A DNA stretch of 64,000 nt from Rhizophagus irregularis (lineage: Eukaryota): NCBI RefSeq assembly GCF_026210795.1, contig NC_089434.1, positions 4,898,001 to 4,962,000 of the forward strand. The letters are read 5' to 3'. Of the stretch, positions 10,981-25,047 are shown piece by piece (within the stretch, counting starts at the first letter, position 1; every line of letters begins with the position of its first letter). The position numbers and the translations under genes are program-made. A model generated the notes under the pieces. That model saw nothing but the letters and a program-made list of their open reading frames with translations. It had not been told where the DNA came from and ran no database searches.

Positions 10981-12405
10981 AATAATTTTTTTTATTATTA
11001 ATATTAATAAATAGAAATATGTTTTTTAGTAGTAATTATATTTTATTAAAAAAAAAATAGTTTTTTTTGCAGACATTCTGCAAATCCGCAAATATTCCGC
11101 AAATCTGCAAATATCACAAAGTACCGCAAATATTCTGCAATTGAATTGAGGTACTTGTGATATTTGCAGATTTCGAAGAATTATTTGCAGATTTACAGAT
11201 AATTGCGGATTTCTGGAGATGTTTGCAGATTTGCAGATAATTCTTGATTTGCAAATTTGCAGATTTTTAGATTTAAAAATCCGCAATGTTCTGTAATACT
11301 GTAAATCGCAATTATTCTGCAATTACATATTTGCGGTACCATCCTTACTGTGTAGTATTGATTTAAAAATTTTGAAAATATTATAAAAGTGGCTTTTTAA
11401 CTTTAAAATTTATGAATTATGATGCTATTTAAATTGCTTATTAAATGCATTTAATTTTGCAAAAAAATGGTTGATTTAATATTTAATGAATTAGAATTAT
11501 TAGTATCTATTGTTTTTGTAAATAATAATAATTTGATGGATAAATTGAAAATAAAAAATTAATGTTAATAAATGATGATAAAGAAAAATAAAATAATGTA
11601 AATAGTAATATTAATAAAGATAATATTAATGAAGATTTAATGATTCAAAAAGTAGCATTTGAAGTTTCTCAATTAGAAAAAATTGCTCAAAATAGAAGTA
11701 TCAAAGGTTTAGATATTAATAATGAAGATTATGATAATTCTGATGAAAAAAATGATAAATTTTTTATAGTGAAATATCAAATCAAATGACAGTAAAGGAA
11801 TTTAATATATATTATCAAATAATCATTCTTTTCCTAATAATATAAATAATAATAATTCACAGGAGTTAAAAGATACTTTATTTGATATAAATGGAAATTT
11901 AATAGTTTTAAATTTAATTAAGATTAGACAGTCTCACAATGCATTTTTACAGGTAGAAAACATAATATGTAAACTTAGAAATAAGAATATTAATATAAGT
12001 AACAATTCATGTAAAATAATTGAAAGAAATGTTGCTAATGATCTTATTTAAATTTTGCAAGAAAGTAATGAATTTGTAGTAAATAAATCTCAATTTAATA
12101 GATGGAATATGAAAAAAAAGCATCAGATATTAGAATTCCAAAAAATATGCTAGGTATTTTACAATTATTTGCATTTTTATTATATAATTTAATATTAATA
12201 ACTTAAATATTATTTATTTGTTAATAATTCATAAAATAGAATTAGCAAATATAATAGAAAATTACCTTTAGAAGATAAAAATTTCATTATTATCCTTTCT
12301 AATAATAAGTTGTATTTTGGCAAAATAATAGTTAATAAATATTAAAAAATTGGAGAATGTCATATTCATATTAATGTAGGAGTAAATAATCTTTCATATA
12401 TATTA

Positions 12406-12589
12406 CAGTCTAACCTCGATATACCGATATTCGATATACTGATATACTATTAAAAACTTAATATACCGATAAAATTTTATTTTCCCACTATATGTGAGGA
12501 CATATAAATATCGATATAACTTTGATATAATGATATTTTCTAAAAATTTCATATATGTCCCAACATATCGTTATATAAAGGTTTGACTG
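12406..12589. mobile_element. pogo/Tigger-like MITE with TA TSD
   Basis: TA|CAGTCTAACCTCGATATACCGA ... TCGTTATATAAAGGTTTGACTG|TA. Confidence 0.8.
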
Positions 12590-12742
12590 TAATTCATTTA
12601 TATATATACTTATATAAAAGAATATTTACTTAACAGTTACATATCATATTTCCTATAAAGAAATAATATATCATTTAGGCCAATTAAATTATATTGTGAA
12701 TAAGATATCTGATATATTAATAATATCTAGTAAAGTACATAA

Positions 12743-12922
12743 GGGAAGTTACATATATTACGTAATATTCAGTTTAATATAAACTTACTTCCCCCTTTCC
12801 TTGTCAGATTTAATAACCAATCAAATTATAATATTTATAAATTATATATTTTATTAAGTATAACGTAAGATTTTGGTTACCCTTCCCTCTCTTTGATAAT
12901 TATATAATATGTGTAAGCTCCC
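12743..12922. mobile_element. Small MITE with GGG..CCC ends
   Basis: GGGAAGTTACATATATTA vs reverse complement GGGAGCTTACACATATTA. Flanks ATAA/TTAA may be a decayed TTAA TSD. Confidence 0.6.
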
Positions 12923-13894
12923 TTAAATATATTTTACTTTTTTAAAAAAAATATCATTTTTTAAAAATTACTATATATTTACAAATAATTACACTAATTT
13001 TTTTATATTAGTGATAAATCTAATTGATTAATAATTTATTTTAATATTTATAAATACTTTTAAAATATTATATAAAAATTTTAAGGTCACTAGAAATTTA
13101 AAGTAAAATTTAATATAATTTTAAAATATTACTCTATATATAAGATAAAATTATAAGACAAAAGAGGTTGATAAAATTACTAGTACATATGTGCCAATTT
13201 TTGGAATTAGTCTAAATTAAGATTTTTATAAAAATTTAATATTTTAGTAAAATTAACATTACACAAATTTAAATTAAATATGTTTTGCATATTTATGTAA
13301 CTCAGATTTAATAAAAAATAAAAAATTTTTTTAATTAATATTCAAAAATAACGGTAATAACCACTTCTTTTTTCCCATCACTGCCCATCACTTTTCCATC
13401 ATTTTTCTATTCACTTTTATTAAATATGACAAAAAAATTTATAAGCATATATAGCAGTTATTTTTAAGTGATAAGTAAAAGAAAAACTTAATATTTTATA
13501 TACATAGATAAGACATATTTTTTCATAATTTTTAGTTTTAATTTATTGTTTTTTCTTTGTAAAAAATACATGTAAATAAAAAATAATTATGATGTAAAAT
13601 AGTTGTAAAATGAATAATAAGTTATTTTTTTTTTCAAAATAACTAATTATATATTTGTTTTTTATCTTTTAAAATTATTTTATTAGATTTATTCTACTAA
13701 AATCCTTAAATGGCAAATAAAATCTTTTTAATAAAGTAAAAGAATTTGGGATTCTCTTATAAAAGCATTTTTTGGTAAGAAATAAAATTTTCAGATCAGA
13801 CTTTATGCAGGTGACAAAATCATGCATTATTATTCTTGGAGATATGCTAATATCATCATTTTACATTCATTTGAAAGCTGAGAATTTGCTCTAT

Positions 13895-14450
13895 CATAGG
13901 AATCAAAGATCAGGAAAATTGGATCACTGGATGAGGTGTAATTAATGATCAAAGTCAAATCAAATTTAAAAATAAAAAATAAATATATTGGACATAATTA
14001 TTCACAATCCAGTAATTAAATTCATTTGATTTTAGGCTTATTAGATAGACCTCAATTTTCTCTTTCAAATGAATATAATTTCATTCATGTAGTTTATATC
14101 TACAGGTATTTAATAAATTTTTTTAAATTAGATTTTATCAAACTTATAAAATTTTATATTAATAATATAATTGATGATTCCTGAATATCTACATATATTA
14201 AACGAATTATTTTAAATTTATTTTAAAGATAAAAGTTGGCATCACCTTAGGGAACAAAGATCATTCAAATTGAATCACTACATATGAAGTAATTAATGAT
14301 CAAATTTAGATAAAATTCAATAAATATACTGAATGTAATTACTGAACAAGATTCAATTCACTTGATTTTAGATTCATTAGATAGATCTCGATTTTCTCTT
14401 TCAAATAAGTGTAAATTTATTTGTATAGCTTATTTCTACGAAGAATTATC
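13895..14450. repeat. Diverged direct duplication in an old TE relic
   Basis: CAAAGATCA..GTAATTAATGATCAAA..ATTAGATAGAYCTCRATTTTCTCTTTCAAAT occurs at about 13900-14080 and again at about 14250-14410. Confidence 0.55.
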
Positions 14451-17104
14451 AATGATTTTGTCATGAGAATTATATTTGATTTTTTAAATTTTAATGATAT
14501 CTTATATTAAAAAAAAATTAAAAATTATATAATTAATTAGTTTTTTTTGCATTATCTAGTATAAATTTATTATTCTTATATAAAAGGTCATCTTTTTTAA
14601 CATCTGCCAAAAATGATAATTTATATTTGCTTTAATAAAATTATTTTTGTGTAAAAAAATTAGATTCCAAGAATCAGCCCATATGAAATTTGAAATTTTG
14701 GGAAGAGACCTTTATTAGAAGTAAATGGGATCCTTTTATATTTGTATAAAATACTGTCTGCTATAGATTTTATTTTTTAGTTTTTAAATCATGCAATTTT
14801 TGGTCATAATTAAAATAATAATTGCATATTTCTAGATTTTCTAAAACTCATTTGCTTCTAAAACTTCATTATTATTTATTTGCTATATTTCAACAAGTTG
14901 CTACAATGTACAGAAACTTTCTAAATTTTTATATCTTTGAATTTTACTATTTATTTTGTTAATTAACATACTGTATATGGTATTAAATTTTTCGGTTTGC
15001 TTTGCTCAACTCTAATATTACTCTTATTATTATTATTGAAATTTTCTTCATTTTCACTTTCAAAATTATTATACTCATTTCATATTCAGAATTTTCATTA
15101 TATTTTATATCAGCTTTGTTCAATTAAAAGGCTCTTATTTTAAAAATAAGCTTATCTGTATAGTATTTGTATTCTCTTCATTAATATCAAATTAATTTTT
15201 ACATTTCTAATATGTTTATACTTGCTTTTGTAGTATTATTTGACATTATTTTAAAGTTTATAATTGGTAATTACTAAATTGTTTATCAACTTTAACTCTA
15301 AGATTTTTTTGAATAAAAAAAATTTTCTTTACATTTTTTTAAGATTATTTTATTCTTGGAAAGGCTCTTAAGGTGTAGGAAAAAACATTAAAAATAAACA
15401 TAAGATTTAGATAATTTATTTATTTTTAGCAGTTTTGTTTTACAAAATTTGATTATATTCAATTACTCATTTTAATAGTAAATTTCATAGTAAATTTTAT
15501 TAGTAAATAATGTCAATTATTAACAAAAAAAAATTTGATCTATATGAAATTGAATTTGTCCAGTGATTGTTATTATTTAATAAATAAATTTCTTTATATA
15601 AAATGCAAAATTTGTAAAATAATATGGCTGCGAAACAGTTTAAGGGATAATATTTTTTTTTTATTTATTATATATATAATATTTAAATAAATGTATTCTT
15701 TATCTGTTAATTTAAAATTAATTAGATTACAATTTACAAATTAAAAAATATTGAATTTAATGAGATATATTAATTGGTATAAATATTTTAATACTGAATT
15801 AATATTGAAATGATATTATATCAATATTATACTGCTAAATTTGTCAGAATTTTATTGTTAATTAGTAGTATTACCAGTATTCTTATTAAAAAGATATCAG
15901 TTATGCAAATTAAAATATATGTATGATATATTGTATGAGTTCTATTATGCAAACTATATAATATAAATTTCTTATAAGAAATTGACCATAAAAATAAAAA
16001 ATTGAAGTATTCAAACTGTTATGCTGTCTACAAACATGTTTTAAGCACACAATATGGTTTTAATGTTTTCAGATTTAGGGAAATTATTACAAAAGATTAT
16101 CCAAGCTACTCGTAACAGATTACAAGCCAAAAAGGTTAATATAGAAGGGAATCCATTGGAACAATATCTAATTCTAACATTTGGAATTGAGAATTCGTAA
16201 TTTATTTTGTCATTTTTGGAGATACATTATATAATATAACATTTCACCTGTGTAACAAGAGATCTGGAAATTCTTAGTAACAAAGTTTTGTATTACAAAT
16301 TTAATCTTTATCGGCATTTCCGAATTTGAAGGAACGTCATATCAAGATATCAAAGAATAATGATTTCATTTATTAATGTTCTACAAGAAACCTGTGATTT
16401 TATGTTCATTTGTACCATTAAATAAAAACAATGTAATTGAAAAAATAATTATGCTATAATAAGAAATAGTAGGCATCACATAATAATTTCTAACACGACT
16501 TTTTTGGTCAAGGCTAAGATTTAATCAATACAAAAGAAGGAATCCTTATTAAAAACAGAAATTGTGTGTTACGAAATTTAAACCATATAAAAATCATATA
16601 AATTTATTTTTAATTTCTTAACAGAATTTCAAACCGAAACATTGAATAATATATATAATATATTGATATTAACTAAATTAGTAATACAATTAGTGATCGC
16701 CGCATGGGTCAAACTTTATGTTCTCTAAATTTAGTTTTTTTTAAGAACAAAATGTGACACAATAACCATAATAATAATATAAGGAAATCTGAAACGTTTC
16801 ACGGTTCCACCTATTGTTTATATATTGATTTAATATTTAAAAATACTCAAACGTAACGTTTTACAGTACAATATATGGGGTTAACAGGGTTAACAATATA
16901 ATTTATAGTTTTTGATTTCGTTAGTATTGTTCTGTAAATATTGTAGTAATTTTCTTATCTACTTTTTTTGTTCTTTTTTTTATATTATAAATATTTATAA
17001 ATATAAGAACTTTTGAGATTTTTATGTTCAATTTTTGAACCCGCTCTATATACAAGTATTTTAGAGTTTTTTTAAAAAAAAATTTCAAGAAAGTTCTATA
17101 CAAA

Positions 17105-18490
17105 ATGTTGATTTATATTCAGATTCAAACATGGGCAGGATTTTTGCTGGGTGCAATGATCATGGTAATTCTTTTATTTGATAAATCAATTATAAAATAA
17201 TTTCTTTAAATATTAAATATTTTATTCTTTCTTATAGTTATCTTTTCATAATATGTTCGTTTCAATGATACTGTACAAAGCTCGCCAAACAAACGTTTCG
17301 AATATGCTTAAAATTATTTTCAATTTTGGTTTTATTGTGCGTAATGTAGGTATTTTAGGTCTTTATATGACACCAAAATTACCTACGTACCCTATGTGTT
17401 TTGCCCTTCAAGAAGTCACTATGGTTGGGAACGTCATAGTGAGATTATCACTATCGGCGTTCTTGTTGTGGCGTTTGAGGCAGATTCGCAACGTACATAA
17501 TTATGGGTCAGATAAATGGATAAGTATTATTTTATTTACAATTAAAGTTGCACTGGCGGTAAGTTTTTTGTTAATAATTTATTCTTTTTGTAAAAAAAAA
17601 AGTAATAATAATCCACTATTAATTTTCAGATTCCATATCTTATTTTTCAACGGACACATATCGATTACGTTCCTGAGGTTGATGCATCTATTTGTAATAT
17701 TATCACTCCTACTCCTCTACCTTATGCTGTTGGTGGGATTGCCACGGAATTTCTTATCGATTTGTTTGTAACTTTCCGCTTAGTTCAAATATTAATCAGC
17801 GCTAATAAGAACGCTGCTCAAGTATCAACAACAAATATTAAAAGCAAACGATCGTTATTCACAGCCGTTATGTATTGGAATTTCTTGCGATTATTCGTAT
17901 CTTTTATCTTTCATTTTCAAGCTATTTTGGATATTGCACAAATCGAATCCGAAGTACCGTCATTTACCGCAAAAATCATAGTAACTATTACATTATCTTA
18001 TGTAATTACTGTTGATGCTGAGATTGTACGAGTCATTGAAGGAAAAGATAAAAGAAAGGGATCAAGTGGTGGCTCGGCAGGAACCGAGAAATCACTCAAA
18101 AGTATACATAGTCCTCGTTATAACAATAGTGATCTCCCTAAATATTCACAACATGCTCAAACCAGTTCAACTCACAGTCAAATTGAAAACGACAAAATAG
18201 CAGTTGTGTCAATGAAAAGATTGTCATTCTTTGAGTGGGCAAATGTTGTAGTAGGGAAGCGTCTTCGCAGAGATAATGTTGAAGAAGAAGAATATGAGGA
18301 TAATGAAGAGGATAATGAATATGATGATGAGGACATGGAAGAAATAATAGATGGTCCTTCAAAATCATCTAAAGATAATGATCTAGAAAAAGATCTTTCA
18401 CAAGATCGAAGAAGTAGTAATTTTAGTGGCACAACTTCAGTGACGGAAACGTCAACACTTGATGAAAATCCAGACATTGTCATTCATTAG
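17105..18490 (+). CDS. Seven-transmembrane GPCR-like protein with a Ser/acidic C-tail, 413 aa; exons 17105-17164, 17238-17558, 17630-18490
   Basis: Two phase-0 GT..AG introns join an upstream exon and two ORF-track fragments into one open frame. Seven hydrophobic segments; Cys before TM3 (PMCF) and in loop 4-5 (SICN); WRL at the end of TM3. Confidence 0.85.
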
Positions 18491-20143
18491 TTTATAATTT
18501 ATAACTCATAATTTCATGCCACGAACAATTTTTCTTTTTAAATTAAAAAAAACCGGAAAAAATTAATATGTATTCATTCTTCACTTATTTATTTTGTATT
18601 TCTAAATCTATTTACTATTTTTCTTTACAAAAATGTATATTATTTGATTAATTTCACTCTTTCCGCATTTACTTATTGTACACATAATTCATTCATTGGC
18701 TATATAATTACGTTATAAAAATATAATAAATTATAATTTTCTCAGAGCAAATAATTTGCCATTTTAGTTCTTAGAAAATCAAAATATTCCTAAAGATATT
18801 CCAAATGAATACTATGTTTAGCATAGCATAAGGATTCACAAGTGACAGGGAAAAGTTACAAATTTCGTATTATTATAATAACTTGCTTACCGGATTATAC
18901 ATGTGGGCGCATTAAGGAGGCGGGTGAAATATGTTAACCAAATTGTTGTTCGAAGTTTCATATGAATATGAAAATAGTATTACACCAGTATCATTACACT
19001 GGTGTAATGCCGAATTGGTGATGTGGCGTTCACTACCGGATACATCTGCAGGTCAGGTGACAATATACGTTGTATGTGCACGGTTCAATTTTTTAATAAA
19101 ATACTGTTTTCTAGAGTAAGGATAAATTTCTTTAAAAAAAAGTAATTATAAGGAATTTATATTAAATGCTAAACATTACTTGATTTGTTATAATTAATTC
19201 TAAAGTTTCCTTTGCAATTATTAAAATGTAGAAATTCTATGTTTTTTTTAGAATTTTAAATGGTTTGAAATTTCAAACCTAATTTTGACAAAAAGCTTTT
19301 TAAGTCTCAACTTTAATATTTACTAATTTAATGATATTGTTATTATATTAAAATTCTATTAAATAATAAATAAAAAATTTATATTTATTTTAAAAAAAGT
19401 ATTCAATATGTTGTTTTTCAAAAGAAAGGAAATACAGGTTTGATATATAATATTGTTATAATTTTATAATGACTATTAATAATAATATTTATATTGATAT
19501 TAATATTATAAAAATACTATATAGTTTTCAATTTTGTTAGAATATAACAATATCTCAGCTCAGCATCAGGGTTATCAAATATAGAATATAAATAATTAAT
19601 CAAAAAAGCTGAAAATAAAATATATAATTATTGTTTTAGGTACTTTGCATATATTATTAATTTTCATAGTAAAATGAACAACTTTACAAATATTTTTTAT
19701 ATTAAAATTAAAGAATAGCAACTCAGTAATATAAAATTAATTTTACTTTTGGAGTATATCAAAAAAGCCTTTATTAAGATTATTATTATTAAAAGGTTCA
19801 ACTTATATTTATTATACAATAAGAACTGAACTTTGCTAAACTGTCTGAAGAATCCATGAATTCACTAATACACTGGTTTATTTGATTAGTAATACCTTTA
19901 AAAGAATTATAAATATATTTACAAAATATAGTAAAAACTTTTAAATTAATGAAAAAGGTATTTTATTTTTCAAATCCTACTATTAATCTGGTAAATTTCT
20001 ATAATCTATAATTAATAAGATTATAATCTTAGTTAAATAGTTCTTACAATACAGTAATAACAGTGTTTTTACTAATAATACTGCATAATACTATAAAATA
20101 AGTCATATTATTATTTTTAAGGATATGTTCAAGGTAGTAAGTA

Positions 20144-23100
20144 GTATTGGTAGTAGTAATATTTTTTTGGTCAGTACTTTTAATATATAAAACTATTAAT
20201 TATGGAATTACGAAAAATTGTTGTTAATTAAAAACGGTTAATATAAATATTAAATTTTATAACATAAAATACACGTTATAAGTAAAAAAGAACGTCGCCT
20301 AATCAATAACTATATATTTGCAACGTGCAATAGTAAAATCAAAAAGGATATTGAATTGTCCAAAGTACGCCCAACGATCGAAAAGGAACGCCCCTTATTT
20401 AAACGATAATATATATATATGTAAACCACGTAATAATTATAATTGGCGATTTATCAAAAATTTTTTTTTTCTTTATTCTTGCATTGCATCGGATTACAAT
20501 GTGGTAAGATCACTTTAATGAGGATATACAATAATTGTGTAAGTGTATTTGCGCATAGCTCCTTTTCCAAATCATCTCAAGAATAAAGAATATGTTAATT
20601 GATATGGAAGAAGCTCATTTGTCACATGATCGGGAAAGGAGAAGATGGAAAATTGCTGAAGAGACTAATGAGGAGCGCGAAGAACGCTTAGCACGTGATC
20701 GAGAAAGGAAGCGTAAAGCGAGAAGAGACCAACGAGGAGCGGGAAGTACGTTCGGTAGTTGAAGAGAAGGCTCGGCGCGCTCTTGCGCGTAAGAAATATT
20801 CGCTTAGAAGAGCAAAAGAAACTCCAAATCAAATTGCAGCGAGGCTTTCACAACAGAAGTCAAGTATGCGTTAAAAATATGCATTCAAACTGCTGATCAG
20901 AAGCTTTTGCGCCAATTTCGCAATACAATGAACAATTTCAATGAAACGTGCAATGAGCGATTCCCTTCTATTATGCTCATTGGAAAGGAGTGCCGTCGTT
21001 GTCATGCTTGAGAATGATCCTAAAACAATATGGATCCAGGTAGGTATTAATTAGAATATTTTCTATATAATTAAATACTTTATTTTTCTGAGATTTAACT
21101 GACGTAGAAGAAATACTGGTCGGGCAAGTATTCCCTGTCATTTCGGTATACGCCCTTCCTGGAGGAGAGTATGCATATTGTGCAAATATTATTAATTTTC
21201 CACAAAGATGTGCAGGAGTTCGCGGCACGACTTCTACATGATCCATAATCGTTGGATTTACTTATTGTTCGGTGTCATTTGGCCAGTCAATTCTCTCATG
21301 ATCATGTTGCGTTCAATTGAGAATTTTATTAATTGCCCTGTCATCATGAACCCCGGATAAAAGAAATAAAACCGTCAGAATACTTTAAACATCTTTTAAG
21401 TCTATAAAGATGGCCGATTTGCTCGTCATCGACGGTGGCGTTACTTTGCCTAAATTCATTAATGAGGCGCAGAGCATCATCAGAAGGTCGCGTATTTGTT
21501 CGACAAAATTTAGAGAAAGGGCAACTCACAGTAGACGATACTGGATTTAATGCAAAACGATACTCACATAGCAAAGTATATGATGTAGGATTGCGTGGTA
21601 CTATTCAATATTGGATACGTCGTAGAGCTGAATTAGATAAGGTCTCAGAGAATGATTTTCTTTACATTTAGCGCAGATATGCATTGGCAAGACTTACATA
21701 ATCTAATGCCTAATGGAAAAAATTCTGTAAACACAGAAACAGTCCAGGAAGCTGCCAGACGCCGGCGTAAAGATCTCATAAATAATCTCCATAGTTCTTT
21801 GAAAAGCGATTTAAAGTTTTTTTTGAGAAAGTGTTAATTCCTAAATGGGGATTAGTTGACTGGTGGTATCGATTTGAGTGGCAACATCATGGTAATGTTC
21901 ATGTTCATGGCATTGCCAAGCGAAAAGAAGCATCAGGAATCGATTGGGAAAACATGAAAAATAATGATGAAATAAGATTCTTTAGTTACAACAATCAATC
22001 CCGACCTGAATGCACTTCCTTCTGATCACCACCAATGCCAAAAGCACTCTGAAGACTTTAATGATAATAATGGTTACCTTACTTACCTAGAACTAACAAC
22101 TGCCAGAAATGATCCACTTATAAATCCACATGATCGTATTCAATTACAGGGATGGAGGGCAAATGTTGATTTGATACCCATCCTTACCAAGCAGTATGTT
22201 TCGAGTATGCTAGTGAAGCAGAACCACGGTGCTTAGGGTCCTTAGCCTTCTCAGAAGTGTTGGACAAAGCTCATCGTAATGATACCCCAATGATCCAGCT
22301 GTTAAAACATTCCAAAAGTTGCTCATTTACACAGTCGGAGAACATGATAAGAAACTTGTCATCATCTTCAATTACCGCTCTATCATAGTAGCCGAAATTT
22401 TGTCAGTCTAAAACTTAACAAAGAGGCGAATCAACAGCTTCGTGATAGTAATGAAAATGTTCCAAATAATGAGAACAATGGAATTATGTAACCAGATGCC
22501 TCACCTCTACAAAGATATTGTAGTAGACCTGCCGAACTTGAGGAACTTTCATTGTTTAAATTGGATCAGCAATATAAATTAGTAAAAGGCAACTGGGTAG
22601 AATGCTCTGGTGAAAACATTGTACGTATTTAGCCACGTCCATTATAGAGACCTTCTTAGCCTCACAGGGAATCACACTCTTTCATGGATTGATTTATATA
22701 ACCAACATCTTGTAGATCAATGATGACCCTAATGATTTAATTGGATGATATTCAAGAAGTTGAAGGTAACGATTCTGATGAAGAAGACGACGACACGCCA
22801 CAGGAAGCGTATGAACTTCGAACTGGCTGGATGTTACTGGCTGAAATGATGGCAAATAGACAGACGCGTAGCTTAGATGACTTTAGTGCGCGTGATATTG
22901 ATAGAAATCACAACGAAAGTTTGCTACGATACCCTGAAATTGAAGAGGCAGAAAGCTTCATTCAGCAGGCAATTGGTAACAACTAGTATCGACCTTAGAA
23001 CTCTAAATGAGAAACAAAGGAAAAACATACGTGAAAGAGTAGAATCCATAGCACCTTTAAGAATTATTGCCATGGGTACTGCTGGAACCGGCAAATCTTA

Positions 23101-24330
23101 CCTTATTAATGCTATTCGGGGAAGGTTATATGAGATTGCAAAGAAACATAACTTACATGAGAACAATATGGTAGTTGCTCCAACAGGTGTTGCGGCTTTT
23201 AACGTTGAAGGCAGCACTATACATTCGTCACTTTCTGTTCCAATATGCGGGTAAACATTGAGAATCTTTGAAGAAAACTAAAATATATAGAATATTTATA
23301 ATCGATGAAAAGAGTATGGTAGGATGTCGTTTTCTTGCTATAATTGATTTACGGCTGTGGCAAACATTTCCGGATCACTACAATATTCCCTTTGGTAGCC
23401 GATCCATAATTCTTATTGGTGACTTTGGACAGCTTCCTCCGGCATGTGATGTTCCCATGTATTCTCAGGACTCTCGAGATCATATGGTCGTAGTACCTAT
23501 AGTCACTTCAAGAAATTTATAAACTTGAGGCTATGCAAAGATAACTCGGATAAACAACAACATTCAGAAACCTGTCATATCACTTACGTGATTGAAGGTC
23601 TACACGATCCGAATTCCAGAAATATTCCTGAATCAGAGAGAAAAACTTCTTCAGATGCCATCAATGTTCTAACAACATGGGAAGAAGTGGATAAAATAAA
23701 TTTGAATAAACTTCGATTATTAAATCAACCCGTTGCCAACGGTACATACGGGTGGATCTGAAGCTTCTAAGGCCGATTCCGAAACTGCAAAAGAAATTAA
23801 AGTCGAAATATTATTATGCAGAATGCTGCTGGTCTTATAAATGGGATAATGGGGACAATAACAGATATTTTATATAAAGAATCTTTACCTGAGTTTCATT
23901 TGACAGTATAACGGTCCAATTCTTAGGAATATAGCCTATTGTTCTACGATATAAGACGTATGTGGGAAAAGTTCAATTTCCACTTTCTCTTGCGTGGGCC
24001 ATCACAGCTCGTAAATTGCAAGGTCTGACTTTATCAAAACCAGTAATAGACCTTGGGAAGAAGGAATTTGCGGCTGGCTTGTCATTTGTAGCAATTTTCC
24101 GTGTTCGTTCTCTTGATGATATTCTTTTCAAACACTTTAGTTTAAACAGACTTGAGCGTAAAAGGTTGAAAGAGCGAATAGCAGAAGAAACTAGATTAAA
24201 TGGAATACAACGATTTAAATCTTTCTCATTTTTTTTAATAACCAAATTTTTATTTTTGGTTTTGAAAAAGATTATCAGAATATCTGTGTTACAAAAAAAA
24301 AGGTTATTAGTGGAAATTGGCTGAACCAAC
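20144..24330 (+). mobile_element. Decayed Helitron-like element (Rep + PIF1 helicase pseudogene), copy 1
   Basis: Fragments DGRFARHRRWRYF, FFTFSADMHW, YRFEWQHHGNVHVHG (HUH Rep), GTAGTGKS, APTGVAAFNV..TIHS, IIDEKSMVG, GDFGQLPP, QFPLSLAWAIT..QGLTL. Many frameshifts; termini uncertain. Confidence 0.9.
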
Positions 24331-24654
24331 TTTTTCTTATGGATAATACAAATAATTAAAGGTGATTAATTAAAGGTGATTGCAAACGTTTTATAGTAGA
24401 TTTATTTTTCAAAATTCTGAATTCATATTTTTTTTTTGTTAATATTTGCTTCTTCTAAAGATCTTATACAGGTTCAACAAAATTCATGTCAAGTATAGTA
24501 ATTTAAACTCTGATAATATCAATTCACCGAAGTCAGACTTTATTCATATAATAATGTGATCTAATGATAAATTTATTTCAAAAAAAAAGAGTTTAAAATA
24601 AAAAATACAAGTAAAATTAAAAAAAAATCATTTTCATCTTGAGAAAAAAAAATC

Positions 24655-25047
24655 GAGGAAGATGAAGAAAATCAGAGGGAAAGAAAACAGAAAATACAAT
24701 TAAAAGAAGATATATTAAAAGAAAATATAATGTAGGCGAGCGGAATGCGCTTATTGATGAATCAAAACAAGACAGTCCTTCTAAAACATGGAAGCTAGAT
24801 CTTGTTGGCAGTTCTTTAGTTTCAACATTTATATGAAGCTTCTCATCAGGCCTACTCCAAGAGTTAAAGAAATTTTGTTATTATTCAATGTAGTAGGTTT
24901 TGGCGAATTCTTTTTACGTTAAGATTTTATCTTTGCAATCTCACGTGACCGTAAGATTTTTATAGGCGCGCGTTCCGCCCGCCAACATTAAATCTTTTTT
25001 TAATTGTGCCTTCCGGTTTCTTTCTCTCTGATTTTCTCCCTCTTCCC
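24655..25047. mobile_element. MITE with about 90-bp diverged TIRs (MULE-like)
   Basis: GAGGAAGATGAAGAAAATCAGAGGGAAAGAAA...AATGTAGGCGAGCGGAATGCGC is inverted at 24964-25047. No clear TSD. Confidence 0.6.

Larger units (their letters stand above)
9526..11347. mobile_element. Non-autonomous hAT element with an internal tandem array
   Basis: TIR TAAGGATGG...CCATCCTTA. Perfect 8-bp TSD CTGTGTAG (9518-9525, 11348-11355). TGCAG/CCGCA subterminal repeats. Confidence 0.92.
716..12740 (+). pseudogene. Heavily decayed P-element/THAP9-like transposase relic hosting nested insertions
   Basis: Joining 1820-1870 to 7769 onward (removing the 1871-7765 insertion) gives ..KYTKKTVRNQ|IH...KLLIFGND..IYIRDICNINKQD, a decayed D-x2-H-x2-K-x2-RN P-type motif followed by a DKQ-like motif. 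Further fragments lie between the insertions. Many stops; outer limits approximate. Confidence 0.5.

Noticed and set aside
13083..14710. Possible GG..CC-ended element spanning the diverged duplication
   Set aside because: End similarity is too weak and there is no convincing TSD.
18012..18483. Overlapping and antisense ORFs in the GPCR-like gene (similarly 35079-35458, 35571-35813, 38887-39195, 39857-40449, 58682-58988)
   Set aside because: Shadow frames of real coding sequence or repeats.
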